Of a stretch of DNA of 64,000 nt, positions 31,600 to 41,290 are shown piece after piece. Below the pieces are notes generated by a model. That model searched no databases and was not told the DNA's origin. It saw nothing but the letters and a program-made list of their open reading frames with translations. This stretch comes from Candidatus Cloacimonadales bacterium (GTDB taxonomy: Bacteria > Cloacimonadota > Cloacimonadia > Cloacimonadales > JAFGVF01): NCBI GenBank assembly GCA_963663475.2, contig CAXXJV010000001.1:832001-896000 (forward strand), given 5' to 3'. Made by a program: the position numbers and the translations under genes. The first letter of the stretch is position 1, and each line of letters starts with the position of its first letter.

Positions 31600-32474
31600 T
31601 ATTTAACTATAATTGGTACATAGATATCGAACTTTGATGTTTCAGAATGATCTTCTGAAAATCTCTCATCAAAGATTTCTAACTCATGGCCCATAGCCCA
31701 TTCATAATCGACACTTTTAATCCATTCACAGCTAATATAACGATAAGTATCAGCAAGGCTAGCAGGACTTCCCTCATGAGTAAAAACGGCATAGGTAGCA
31801 GGTTTTACACAATAAGACTCAAGCTGGGGAATCTCTGGAGTATTTGCCTTCTTGATCATTCCTACGAAGTAAGAAAATTCATCATCAGGTCCAGGTGCCT
31901 TGTCCATAAACTGAGGGTGGGGAGGACAGATTGAGATATAAGAATCATTCTTGTAATCAAAATCTCTACCCAATACTTCCTTAAAATCCATCCATAACTT
32001 ATGAATAGATCCATCTCCATGCTTAACTTTTCTCATTAAACCAACAGCATTAATCTCTGACATCTCTTTGATCTTGTAGTTCATCTTTCTTCCTTTAGTT
32101 TGATTTTCACAGAACTGCGGTACTAGTTTTGGTGTGTAATTCATCAGCTGATTGTTCTTCTTATATACAAGAGGTGTATCACGAAATTGCTTTTTAAAAG
32201 CTCTAATAAAAGATTCTACCGAAATAAAACTATATTTGCCGGCTATTTGCTTTACCTGGTAATTACCCTCAATTAGATCCTTAGCAGCTTCAGATAATCT
32301 CCTCTCTCTTACATAACTCTTTAATGTATAGCCTGTAAAAGTATAAAATATTCGCATAAAATGATAGAGAGAAAAACCAACATTATCGGCTATATCTTCC
32401 ATCTGAATCTCTTGATATAGATTCCTCTCTATGTAATCAATGCTGTGTTGTATTACTCTATTATAATCAGGCAT
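31599..32474 (-). CDS. AraC family regulator with GyrI-like effector domain
   Basis: N-terminal double HTH (FSLYHFMRIF, ESFIRAFKKQF) and a C-terminal YAVFTHEG...DIYVPI domain. Confidence 0.93.
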   Translation of the reverse strand: MPDYNRVIQHSIDYIERNLYQEIQMEDIADNVGFSLYHFMRIFYTFTGYTLKSYVRERRLSEAAKDLIEGNYQVKQIAGKYSFISVESFIRAFKKQFRDTPLVYKKNNQLMNYTPKLVPQFCENQTKGRKMNYKIKEMSEINAVGLMRKVKHGDGSIHKLWMDFKEVLGRDFDYKNDSYISICPPHPQFMDKAPGPDDEFSYFVGMIKKANTPEIPQLESYCVKPATYAVFTHEGSPASLADTYRYISCEWIKSVDYEWAMGHELEIFDERFSEDHSETSKFDIYVPIIVK

Positions 32475-32508
32475 AACTTTCTTTTCCTTTCATTATTGAC
32501 TTTTTTTG

Positions 32509-32537
32509 CTTATACACCAGTAAGAGATAAGTGTCAA
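32509..32537 (-). promoter_or_regulatory. Sigma70-type promoter of the AraC gene
   Basis: Minus strand reads TTGACA-N17-TATAAG with an extended -10 TG. Confidence 0.55.
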
Positions 32538-32544
32538 TTTATTT

Positions 32545-32710
32545 AACCCAAATAATGCATTAGACCTCTGTGAATAGCAGAATATTCTTCTGCAAAAGTA
32601 AGATCCATAATTTCTCCGAATATATAAAATATATGCGTCAAAATTCTGTAAGCTATTTTGCTAAAAGAATCTAGCAATCTTCATCAAAGTTCAAATGCAC
32701 TATTTGAGTT
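32545..32710 (+). mobile_element. Family-B MITE-like element, full length (166 bp)
   Basis: Terminal inverted repeats AACCCAAATAATGCATTAGA / TCAAATGCACTATTTGAGTT; closely similar to 61989-62153. Confidence 0.8.
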
Positions 32711-32821
32711 TAACTTATAATTTTACCAAAAAATCTATTGGACTATTTGGGGGAAAAAATGCACTTGACAAATTTCCAGAAAAAACTAATAATAAAAAAA
32801 AGAAGAAAATTAGGAGAAGAA

Positions 32822-33670
32822 ATGAATTTCCAAGATATAATATTAACCTTACAAGGCTACTGGGCTAGTCAAGGCTGCAACATAGTACAACCTTACGATG
32901 TTGAGATGGGAGCAGGTACTTTCCATCCAGAAACTTTTTTTGGTTCATTAGCTAGCAAGAGTAAAAGGGTTGCTTATGCCCAGCCATGTCGTCGCCCTAA
33001 GGATGGACGCTATGGTGAGAATCCTAACAGGTTTCAGCATTATTATCAGTTTCAAGTTATTATTAAACCTTCTCCTGACAATATTCAAGCTCTTTATTTA
33101 AAGAGTTTGCAGGCAATAGGTATTGAGATAGAGAAGCATGATATTCGTTTTGTAGAAGATGATTGGGAATCACCAACATTAGGAGCTTGGGGTTTAGGCT
33201 GGGAAGTTTGGTTAGATGGTATGGAGATTAGTCAATTTACTTATTTCCAACAAGTAGGTGGCTTGGATGTATCTCCTATAAGTGTAGAGCTAACTTATGG
33301 GTTAGAGAGACTTGCCATGTACATTCAAGGTGTTGAGGATTATAGAGATTTAAAATACAATGATACTACTACTTATGGTGAGATATTTTTTCAAAGAGAG
33401 TTAGAGTATTCCCACTTTAATTTTGATCAAGCTAATGTTGATATTCTCTTCAAGGCTTTTAATGAATATGAAGCAGAATGTCATAGGTTAGTAGAAAATA
33501 ATTTAGTTTATCCAGCTTATGACTATTTACTGAAGTCTTCTCATTCTTTCAACCTACTTGATGCTAGGGGAGTAATTTCTGTAACAGAAAGGGCAAATTA
33601 TATTGGTAAAATTAGAAGAATGGCTAAAGCATGTGCTGAAAAATATCTTAAGGTGAGCGAGGGGGAATAG
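32822..33670 (+). CDS. glyQ: Glycine-tRNA ligase alpha subunit
   Basis: [38 protein letters not shown] and TYGLER motifs; ATG 32822 after AGGAG. Confidence 0.97.
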   Translation: MNFQDIILTLQGYWASQGCNIVQPYDVEMGAGTFHPETFFGSLASKSKRVAYAQPCRRPKDGRYGENPNRFQHYYQFQVIIKPSPDNIQALYLKSLQAIGIEIEKHDIRFVEDDWESPTLGAWGLGWEVWLDGMEISQFTYFQQVGGLDVSPISVELTYGLERLAMYIQGVEDYRDLKYNDTTTYGEIFFQRELEYSHFNFDQANVDILFKAFNEYEAECHRLVENNLVYPAYDYLLKSSHSFNLLDARGVISVTERANYIGKIRRMAKACAEKYLKVSEGE

Positions 33671-34450
33671 ATGCTAAATGCTCTTTTTGAAATGCGTTAT
33701 ACAAGTCCCATAATTGCTACTGCAATTCATAATGGTCATTATATTAGACCAGAACTCAAAGATAACTTAATAATAAGTGATGAAGATAGAAAAAGGGAAG
33801 AGGATCCTTATACAAACTCCATAATTAGGTCATATGATAACAGGATTGTTGTTAATACTTCCAGGTTTGAAGTTGAATTGAACAGGAACAGGGATAGGGC
33901 AATCTACAAAACTCCAGATGATTGTTGGGGACTGGAAGTTTGGAAAAGGGATTTAACTCAGGAAGAAATTGATCAATCTCTTGCCGAATATGATAGTTTT
34001 TATAGGAGATTGGATTCTGCTATAAGTGAGACTATTAGGTCTTTTGGTTATGCTATTGTTTTAGATGTACATTCTTATAATCATCATCGTTTAGGTATAG
34101 GTCAGCCCTATGATAGCCCAGAGGATAATCCGCAGATTATTTTAGGTACAAACAATATGCCTAGAAGATATATGGAATCTATTTATAAGATTCAAAAGAA
34201 GTTTCAGGAAAACATTTATGAAGGTAGAAAATTAGATTGTAGAATCGATATTAAGTATCCTGGTGGAACAATGTCTCGTCATTTACATAGAGAGTTTCCA
34301 GACAAGGTCTTTTCTCTAGCTATTGAGTTTAAGAAGACTTTTATGAATGAGTGGACAGGTGAACTATATAGAGATAAGATGGAGGATTTGATTACCGCTT
34401 TACAGTCTATAAGTCCACTGTTAAACAAGGATTTATTAATTGAAGATTAG
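33671..34450 (+). CDS. N-formylglutamate amidohydrolase family protein
   Basis: TAIHNGH, EEDPYT, SRFEVELNR, LDVHS and AIEFKK motifs. Confidence 0.85.
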   Translation: MLNALFEMRYTSPIIATAIHNGHYIRPELKDNLIISDEDRKREEDPYTNSIIRSYDNRIVVNTSRFEVELNRNRDRAIYKTPDDCWGLEVWKRDLTQEEIDQSLAEYDSFYRRLDSAISETIRSFGYAIVLDVHSYNHHRLGIGQPYDSPEDNPQIILGTNNMPRRYMESIYKIQKKFQENIYEGRKLDCRIDIKYPGGTMSRHLHREFPDKVFSLAIEFKKTFMNEWTGELYRDKMEDLITALQSISPLLNKDLLIED

Positions 34451-34468
34451 TAGATTTTTGGTGTAAAT

Positions 34469-35998
34469 GTGAGAAAAATAGGGCTACTTTTTGCTTTAGT
34501 TTTACTGGTAAATGTAAGTGAAGCTAAGGGAAAGAGTGTCTATTTTCTCTTGCACGGACTCTACAGCTCAAGTTATCATTGGCATGATTTATTAGAATCA
34601 GATGATTTTGCCAATAGTGAGTTTTTTTATGCAGGTAATATTAGGGTAAATGAAGGTCTTTTTTCTGATGAGAAGTTTATCATTACCCCTGAATTTGATG
34701 AAGAGATATCTGAGTTAGTGGAGCGAGATAATAGTGTATTTACTATTAATTTTGCCTCTGGTTTTCAGCATGATTTTAAGCAACAAGCCTTACAGATAAA
34801 GCAGGTATTAGAACTTTTTCCAGATCAAGCTTATGAATATTATTTAGTAGGACATTCAATGGGTGGTTTGGCTGCTAGGTGTTATCTGACTAGTTATTTA
34901 AATAGGAAGGTTAGAGGTTTAGTAACTGTTGGGACTCCAAATTTAGGTTCATACTTAGGAAATTCAGATACTTCCTTAACCGCCTTTTTAGGAGTAATGA
35001 CTGGAGTATTTACCAGGCCAGATAATTTAATTACAGGAATTGCTAGGCTATGGAAGGAAGACAGACGGAATGTCACTCCTGCTTTAGCTCCAGGATCTCC
35101 TGAACTTACAGAATTGAATGCTAAATACTTTCCTCAAGATGTTAAGACTCTCTGTCTTTTTTCTACTATAAATTCTCCTGAAGAAATTAAGGCACTGTCA
35201 AGAGATGAGCAGTTTGTTCACCAAGTTTTACAGATGGAGAAACTAAAATCTTTTCAATCAACTAACCCTAAGGACAAGGAAATTACCAGTCTCTATAATG
35301 ATCTTTATTATAATGATGGATTAGTTTCCATAGCTTCACAGAATATTACTAATGCCATTCCTAATAACTATGCAATTGAAGCCCATCATATGCCTACCAG
35401 AGTCTATCATGATAATGAACCTAAAGATGTTGAACATTTACTGCCTGCCATGCGACTAATCAAGGAAGATAAGTCTAAAAGGATATATAATCTGTTTATT
35501 TATTCTACTAGTAAAGAGATTATTAAAGAAGATTATTTCTTGTCTATTAGTAAATCATTCTTCAGAACAAGTTCTTATGATGCCAGTTTAGTAGTTGATT
35601 ATCAAGACAGCTTACAAGTGGTTCATCTTAGTAAATATCCACCAATATTTGATTATGGTATTTTTCTGATAAACAAGACAGATAAATTAAATGAAATAAA
35701 CAGTAAGATAGATTCAACTTGGATTTTTCCCATAATTGTAGATTTTTCTGTTAATAACAATATTAAGGGCTTTCTTGATAAAGATTGTATCTATATTAAA
35801 ATTATTTCAATTGAAGAGGCAGAATGTTTTTTCAAGTTTTTAGGGGATATTTTAAGTGGTAAAGTTCATGTCAAAGAGGGAGAATTAGAAAAAGTAAAAG
35901 AACAGATAGTTCGTTATTATTTCATAAGTTCAAATATGACTGAAAGATTAAAGATACCTGATTATTGGTGGGAAGCTAATCTTAAGTTTTTCCAATAA
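34469..35998 (+). CDS. Secreted alpha/beta hydrolase (lipase/PGAP1-like) with extra C-terminal domain
   Basis: LLHGL oxyanion motif, GHSMGG nucleophile elbow, GTPNLG and NDGLV. Confidence 0.8.
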   Translation: MRKIGLLFALVLLVNVSEAKGKSVYFLLHGLYSSSYHWHDLLESDDFANSEFFYAGNIRVNEGLFSDEKFIITPEFDEEISELVERDNSVFTINFASGFQHDFKQQALQIKQVLELFPDQAYEYYLVGHSMGGLAARCYLTSYLNRKVRGLVTVGTPNLGSYLGNSDTSLTAFLGVMTGVFTRPDNLITGIARLWKEDRRNVTPALAPGSPELTELNAKYFPQDVKTLCLFSTINSPEEIKALSRDEQFVHQVLQMEKLKSFQSTNPKDKEITSLYNDLYYNDGLVSIASQNITNAIPNNYAIEAHHMPTRVYHDNEPKDVEHLLPAMRLIKEDKSKRIYNLFIYSTSKEIIKEDYFLSISKSFFRTSSYDASLVVDYQDSLQVVHLSKYPPIFDYGIFLINKTDKLNEINSKIDSTWIFPIIVDFSVNNNIKGFLDKDCIYIKIISIEEAECFFKFLGDILSGKVHVKEGELEKVKEQIVRYYFISSNMTERLKIPDYWWEANLKFFQ

Positions 35999-36555
35999 GC
36001 AATAAGTTGGGGGATAATTTTGTGGGGAACAAGGTGGGAGATATCTGAATGTCTTTCTAATCTCTGTCTAATTTCTGTTGAAGATATATCATAAGGTGTA
36101 ATAGTAAGAATATTAAATCTACTATCAATTTGATGATTAGCTTGGTCAGGACTATTCCTAGAAACAACAGTAAAATTAGTATTATTTAGTAACCATTCAG
36201 CTTCATACCACTTTGCAAAATTAAGAGCATTATCATAACCAATTACGAAAGTAAAGTCTTTATTAGGATAAGCAGATTTAAGTCTTTTAATTAGATGAAA
36301 AGTATAACTGATTCCATAATCAGGACAATCTAAATTGCTAATAGACAAGTTAGGGTAGTCAGCAATAGCTGATTCAATTAAGGTAAATCTTTGCTTATAG
36401 GGTAAAACAAGAGGAGTGTTTTTAAGGGGGTGTTGACCATTAGGTATGAAGATAACTTCTTGAGCTACTTCTTGTTTTATGATTTCTTGAGCAATATAAA
36501 GATGCCCATTATGGATGGGGTTAAAAGCCCCACCCAGAATAGCAAAGTCATACAT
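35962..36555 (-). CDS. nadD: Nicotinate-nucleotide adenylyltransferase
   Basis: GGAFNPIHNGH, SYT, IGYD and ISSTEIR motifs. Confidence 0.95.
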   Translation of the reverse strand: MYDFAILGGAFNPIHNGHLYIAQEIIKQEVAQEVIFIPNGQHPLKNTPLVLPYKQRFTLIESAIADYPNLSISNLDCPDYGISYTFHLIKRLKSAYPNKDFTFVIGYDNALNFAKWYEAEWLLNNTNFTVVSRNSPDQANHQIDSRFNILTITPYDISSTEIRQRLERHSDISHLVPHKIIPQLIAYWKNLRLASHQ

Positions 36556-37277
36556 TAATCTAATTTCTTGATTATTTTTTTTGTTAGTTTTTCATCTGGA
36601 TAGGAAAGTCTAAGATATTCTTTGAAAGAGTTAGCTCTTTCCATATTTCCTTGTTCACGATAGATTAAAGCACTATAATAAGCGCTTTTTAAGTCTAGTT
36701 GGCTTTTAGAACCTGTAGCTAAAACTTCGGAAAAATAGAGAAGGGCAGCAGGATAATCAGATAACATATAATAAGTGTAGCCATTAAGGTAAGTTTTTTC
36801 TAATAGCTTTAATTCTGCTTGTTTAATAATTTCAATAGCTTCACTTCTGTATTTACCTGTAGGATATCTAGTCAAATATTCTTCTAAAGATGCAATAGCT
36901 GCATTAGTTTCTTCTTGAGTATAGCTAGCTGGTTCAGATGTTTTCCAAAAACATTCACCAATTCTGAAATAGGCTATTTCAAGCTGTTCCATATTAGATG
37001 AGTAGCGCATTAAGAATTGATATTCAAGTCTAGCATTTTCATACTGACCCATTAAGTAGTAACTTTCAGCAAGATTAGCTTGAGCCTTGGTAGTAATATC
37101 AGATGTTTTGAAGCTAACAATAGATTCATAGATAGGAATAGCTTTACGGTATTTTCCTTCTTGGAAATATTGGTTGGCTATTTTAAACCTTTCAGTTTCA
37201 GATTTGTTTTCATGAAGGTTGTTACTACAGGCCATTAGTAAGCCAACAAGTAAGATTAGTATAAGTGTTTTTTTCAT
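36555..37277 (-). CDS. bamD: Outer membrane protein assembly factor BamD
   Basis: Lipobox LMAC, TPR repeats, QEET..AI...YLTRYP motif. Confidence 0.8.
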   Translation of the reverse strand: MKKTLILILLVGLLMACSNNLHENKSETERFKIANQYFQEGKYRKAIPIYESIVSFKTSDITTKAQANLAESYYLMGQYENARLEYQFLMRYSSNMEQLEIAYFRIGECFWKTSEPASYTQEETNAAIASLEEYLTRYPTGKYRSEAIEIIKQAELKLLEKTYLNGYTYYMLSDYPAALLYFSEVLATGSKSQLDLKSAYYSALIYREQGNMERANSFKEYLRLSYPDEKLTKKIIKKLD

Positions 37278-37307
37278 TTTATCCTCTGTTCAGTATATAA
37301 TTAATAT

Positions 37308-37799
37308 TTATTCGATAGACCATAAAGAGTAAACTAGAGTTCCTGTGATTAGGGAAATTAAGACAGGTTTCCACAAGGTAATCGTTCCATCCTTAAGAGT
37401 CTCTTCTTTATTAATAGTATAGTTAATATGTTTTTCAATTTTTGATGTAGTATTATCTGTAATGATAGCTTGAGCATGGTAGTTTTCAACTTGAATTTGG
37501 CGGGAAAAGATAAGAGAGTGCTTTGTCTTATAAGAAATATCACTTGTCAGACTTACTTGAATAGATTTGCTAGCTAGCTGGGGATTAGTTCTCAAATCAG
37601 TGCCTAAAGCTATTAATCTTTCTTGGATATAAGACTTTAGTTTAGGGTTATCAGAATTAATTAAGTAATAGCTATCCTGTAACTTAATTTCGGTTTGCAG
37701 GTGCTGGAAAAGAGAGTCAGCAACTTCATGATTGAAGCTTGGTATTGCCAGAATAAAACTAGAGTAGATTAGTAGGAGAATAGTGATAATTCTTTTCAT
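37308..37799 (-). CDS. Hypothetical exported protein with C-terminal membrane anchor
   Basis: Signal peptide and hydrophobic C-terminus; translationally coupled to the upstream gene. Confidence 0.6.
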   Translation of the reverse strand: MKRIITILLLIYSSFILAIPSFNHEVADSLFQHLQTEIKLQDSYYLINSDNPKLKSYIQERLIALGTDLRTNPQLASKSIQVSLTSDISYKTKHSLIFSRQIQVENYHAQAIITDNTTSKIEKHINYTINKEETLKDGTITLWKPVLISLITGTLVYSLWSIE

Positions 37800-38515
37800 T
37801 AATTTAAGTCCTTAATTAAAGATTTTACTTTGTTAATTCTGATATAGTTGGGATTCTTATGTAAAATAGCTTGGGCTTGTCTAAGAGATAAGTCATAATT
37901 ACCCAATATTTTATTGATAAGGGCAATTTTAAAAAGACTATCAATAGCTTTTTCAGGGTTAGTTTTATCTTGAGAAATTAAGGTAAATTTATCAATGGCA
38001 GCTTGATACTTTTCTTGATCATAGTCAATTTCAGCTAGCCAATATTTACTATTTATGGCAAGCTCATGGCTAGGGTAGGCTATAATAAAGTCATTAAACA
38101 AGTCTTTAGCATTATTAAGTTGATTAGCAAGGTAAAGTTTACGAGCTTGGGCATAAAGGTCTTGTGGTCCTTTACTTTTAACTTGGGGTGAAGGACTTGA
38201 AACTGGGGGAGTTTTTATCCCTTGTAGGGCATTTATATTTCTAGTATTATTTGAAATAATATCAAGCATGGTATCGATTCTATCAGAATAAAAAGAGATT
38301 TGTTGGTCCATTAAGTCAAGCTTGTTTTCTAAGAAAATACTATTTGCTTCTAATTCACTATATTTTTCTTGGAAGAGTGAGTCTTGTTGAGCAAGACTAG
38401 TAGTTAATGAATCAATCATAGCATTTAACCTAGTAATTTGCTGATCATCCTGCTTATTGTGAGAGCAGGCAGAAATGAATAATAATGAGCAGAATAAGTA
38501 GATATATTTTTTCAT
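37799..38515 (-). CDS. CpoB/YbgF-like TPR lipoprotein
   Basis: Likely start ATG 38515 (MKKYIYL, lipobox ISAC); coiled coil, then TPR FIIAYPSHELAINSKYWLAE. Confidence 0.75.
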   Translation of the reverse strand: MKKYIYLFCSLLFISACSHNKQDDQQITRLNAMIDSLTTSLAQQDSLFQEKYSELEANSIFLENKLDLMDQQISFYSDRIDTMLDIISNNTRNINALQGIKTPPVSSPSPQVKSKGPQDLYAQARKLYLANQLNNAKDLFNDFIIAYPSHELAINSKYWLAEIDYDQEKYQAAIDKFTLISQDKTNPEKAIDSLFKIALINKILGNYDLSLRQAQAILHKNPNYIRINKVKSLIKDLN

Positions 38516-38524
38516 ATAATTAAT

Positions 38525-38556
38525 AAAATGAGGTGGTAATGAAAGCACTACCACCT
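38525..38556 (-). terminator. Terminator-like hairpin after the aminopeptidase gene
   Basis: Minus strand reads AGGTGGTAGTGC-TTT-CATTACCACCT then CATTTT; it lies inside the track's spurious 5' extension of the next ORF. Confidence 0.55.
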
Positions 38557-38571
38557 GCATTATTTATCATA

Positions 38572-39978
38572 TTATGCTTTGAGCATAAATGCTTTATATC
38601 CTTTATAAGTACTGAAGAGATCAGCTTTGCTAACTACTTCATAAAGAGAGTGCATTCCTAAAAGACTAGGACCGCAATCAATTACTTCAGCACCAAATTC
38701 AGCTAAGAATTTAGCAATAGTTCCTCCGCCACCTTCATCAACTTTACCAAGGGTTCCTGTTTGCCAAATGACTTTAGCTTCATTGAAGATTTTAATAACT
38801 TCAGCATTGAATTCAGCATTTGCATCATTAGAACCACCTTTACCACCAGCACCTGTATATTTAAGAAGGGTAACACCTTGACCTAAGACAGGAGCATTCA
38901 TTTTTTCATGAACGCTTGGATAATTAGGATTCATAGGAGCATTAACATCAGCAGATAAAACTTTTGTTTTCATAAGAGTTTTTCTGAGATTATAAGAACC
39001 ACAATCTTCACCATTTTGCTTTAAAACATCACCGATGAAATCTGAAATAAAGATAGATTTAGCACCAGTATTACTATCAGAACCAACTTCTTCTTTGTCA
39101 CTGAAATAAACAATTGAAGTTCTTTCAAGATCTTTAGGATCTAAATCAAGAAGAGCTTTTAAACCAGTGTAAGCACAAATTCTATCATCTTGTCCATAAC
39201 CCATAACCATGGATCTATCTAAGCCCATTTCACGTGCCTTTCCTGCTGGAACTAATTCTAATTCTGCAGAAAGGAAATCTTCTTCTGTAACACCATATTT
39301 CTCATTAAGAAGCTCTAAAACATGGTACTTAATTGCTTCTTTTTGATCTTTATCTTCAACAGGAATTGAAGCCATTACTAAGTTTAAATTATCTGCTGAT
39401 ATTGCTTCGCCAATTTTCTTGCCAGATTGAACTTTTCTAGCTAAGTGAGGAAGTAAATCAGGAATGATGAAAACAGGATCATTATCATCTTCACCGATAG
39501 AAACATTAACTACTTTTCCTGCTTTATCAACGAAGATACCGTGAATAGCTAGAGGAGTAGAAACCCACTGGTATTTCTTGATTCCACCATAATAGTGGGT
39601 ACGAGCCATACCTAAAGCACAGGCAGCATCTTCATAAAGTGGATTTTGTTTTAAGTCTATTCTAGGTGCATCAATATGGGCAGCAATAAGATTTACACCA
39701 TCAGATACTGGTTTTTTGCCAATGATAGCAAAAGCTAAAGTCTTATTACGGAAGATTGAGTAAACTTTTTTACTTGTTTTGTTTGCTAAAACTTCTTTAA
39801 AGCCACTAGCTTTAAGAGCTGCTTCTGTATAAGCAACAGTTTCGCGAACGTTTTTACATTGGTTTAAGAAATCGATATAATCTTTGGAAAATTCATGAGC
39901 TGCTTTGATATCTTTCTTATCAGCTTCTTTCCAAAAGTTTTTACGATTATAAGTAAGAACTTTTTTCTCTTTTTTCAT
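38572..39978 (-). CDS. M18 family aminopeptidase
   Basis: AHIDAPR, YYGGIKKYQW, GQDDRIC, EEVGS, SADV, GGGGTI and MHS motifs. Confidence 0.93.
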   Translation of the reverse strand: MKKEKKVLTYNRKNFWKEADKKDIKAAHEFSKDYIDFLNQCKNVRETVAYTEAALKASGFKEVLANKTSKKVYSIFRNKTLAFAIIGKKPVSDGVNLIAAHIDAPRIDLKQNPLYEDAACALGMARTHYYGGIKKYQWVSTPLAIHGIFVDKAGKVVNVSIGEDDNDPVFIIPDLLPHLARKVQSGKKIGEAISADNLNLVMASIPVEDKDQKEAIKYHVLELLNEKYGVTEEDFLSAELELVPAGKAREMGLDRSMVMGYGQDDRICAYTGLKALLDLDPKDLERTSIVYFSDKEEVGSDSNTGAKSIFISDFIGDVLKQNGEDCGSYNLRKTLMKTKVLSADVNAPMNPNYPSVHEKMNAPVLGQGVTLLKYTGAGGKGGSNDANAEFNAEVIKIFNEAKVIWQTGTLGKVDEGGGGTIAKFLAEFGAEVIDCGPSLLGMHSLYEVVSKADLFSTYKGYKAFMLKA

Positions 39979-39991
39979 ATTTACCTCATTA

Positions 39992-40459
39992 TTATTTTAT
40001 TGATAAAATCTTAAATTTTCTTTCACCCTTAGGGGCCTTAACAACAGCAATATCATTTACAGATTTGCCAATAAAGCCTTTGCCAATTGGTGATTCTATT
40101 GATATTTTAGTGAAATCATTTTCAGGAAAGTTGACTTCTGCGCTACCTACTAAATAATAATTAATAATTTCATCTGAGCCAACTTCTTGTGCTTCAACTA
40201 TAGCTCCAAATCTAACTTTATCCTTGGCAATATTAGCTGGGTCTAGAACTTTTAACTTAGCACTAATGAGTTTAAGCTTAGTTACTTCATTATCAATCTG
40301 TCTTTGTCTCTCTTTTGCTGACTTATATTCAGCATTTTCACTTAAATCTCCCATTTCACGAGCAATAGCAATAGCTTTTAAAATACTTGGTCGTTCTGTG
40401 AGAAGGTCGTTTATTCTTTTTTGAATTTGTTGCATTCCATAAGGAGTTATATAGCTCAT
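39992..40459 (-). CDS. greA: Transcription elongation factor GreA
   Basis: AREMGDLSENAEY and ISIESPIG motifs. Confidence 0.93.
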   Translation of the reverse strand: MSYITPYGMQQIQKRINDLLTERPSILKAIAIAREMGDLSENAEYKSAKERQRQIDNEVTKLKLISAKLKVLDPANIAKDKVRFGAIVEAQEVGSDEIINYYLVGSAEVNFPENDFTKISIESPIGKGFIGKSVNDIAVVKAPKGERKFKILSIK

Positions 40460-41277
40460 TATTTTCCTCTATTTTTCAGTCTCATTAAATGTCTATGGCC
40501 TGAAATGGCAGATTTTTTTAATCTTGCATTTCCGCTTTTAGTCCACTCTTCTAGGATTTTCTCAAGGCTAGGATGGTAAAAATTAATTGATCCAGTAAGG
40601 ATTTCTACCACATTAGGATCTCTACTATTATCGTAGAAATCGAAAGTATCAAGGTAGAGTTCTTTATCAATTTTTGCAACTTCTTTGAAGAAGTTTGATA
40701 GTCCTTTGAGTAGTTCTTGGGGAGCATAAGCCCATTTATTCTCTAGGTGCCTTAGGACCTGTTTTGTGTAGTCATTTTTTGCTTTACACAATTTAGTAAG
40801 TGTTTTTAAGGCAAGGATTTCAAGATCAAGCTGACCACTATTTGTCCATTGATAAGCAGTTGTTAGGTACTTATCAGGATATTTTTTTAATAATGGCAGG
40901 AAGATTTTATCAACAATAAGGGCTAGTTCATGTTGGTCATTAGCGTTATCTAAGAATTCTAGCATTTTAGCATAGTAGATTTCTTTATTTTTTGCATAAA
41001 TTTTGTTTAAGATAATAGAAACAATAAACTTCCCGTTATACTGGCCTTGGTACCAGAGATAGTCATAGAAATCCATATAGAGATCGTGTTTTTTTTCAAT
41101 GTTTTTTGCTATTTCTTTAGCGACTAATGTAAGTACTTCATTAGGGATATTGTGCCCTTCCCTAGCAGGGTAAGCATTGTAAATTATATCGACACAATAA
41201 TCTTTTTTATCTAATTTATTTTTACAGAAGTCATCAGCATCTTTAATTAATCTTTCTTTCCAATCTAATGATATCAT
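40459..41277 (-). CDS. Hypothetical alpha-helical (HEAT/AlkD-like) protein
   Basis: Helical repeats with spaced Trp residues; translationally coupled to greA. Confidence 0.5.
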   Translation of the reverse strand: MISLDWKERLIKDADDFCKNKLDKKDYCVDIIYNAYPAREGHNIPNEVLTLVAKEIAKNIEKKHDLYMDFYDYLWYQGQYNGKFIVSIILNKIYAKNKEIYYAKMLEFLDNANDQHELALIVDKIFLPLLKKYPDKYLTTAYQWTNSGQLDLEILALKTLTKLCKAKNDYTKQVLRHLENKWAYAPQELLKGLSNFFKEVAKIDKELYLDTFDFYDNSRDPNVVEILTGSINFYHPSLEKILEEWTKSGNARLKKSAISGHRHLMRLKNRGK

Positions 41278-41290
41278 TTAATCTCCTATT

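Noticed and set aside
32541-32714. Family-B repeats as integron attC sites (some start ATTTAAC and end GTT)
   Set aside because: The ends are symmetric with no evident extrahelical base, copies occur in both orientations and upstream of housekeeping genes, and there is no integrase. IntegronFinder would settle it.
35962-35998. 37-bp convergent overlap of the hydrolase gene and nadD
   Set aside because: Short 3' overlaps of convergent genes are common in compact genomes.
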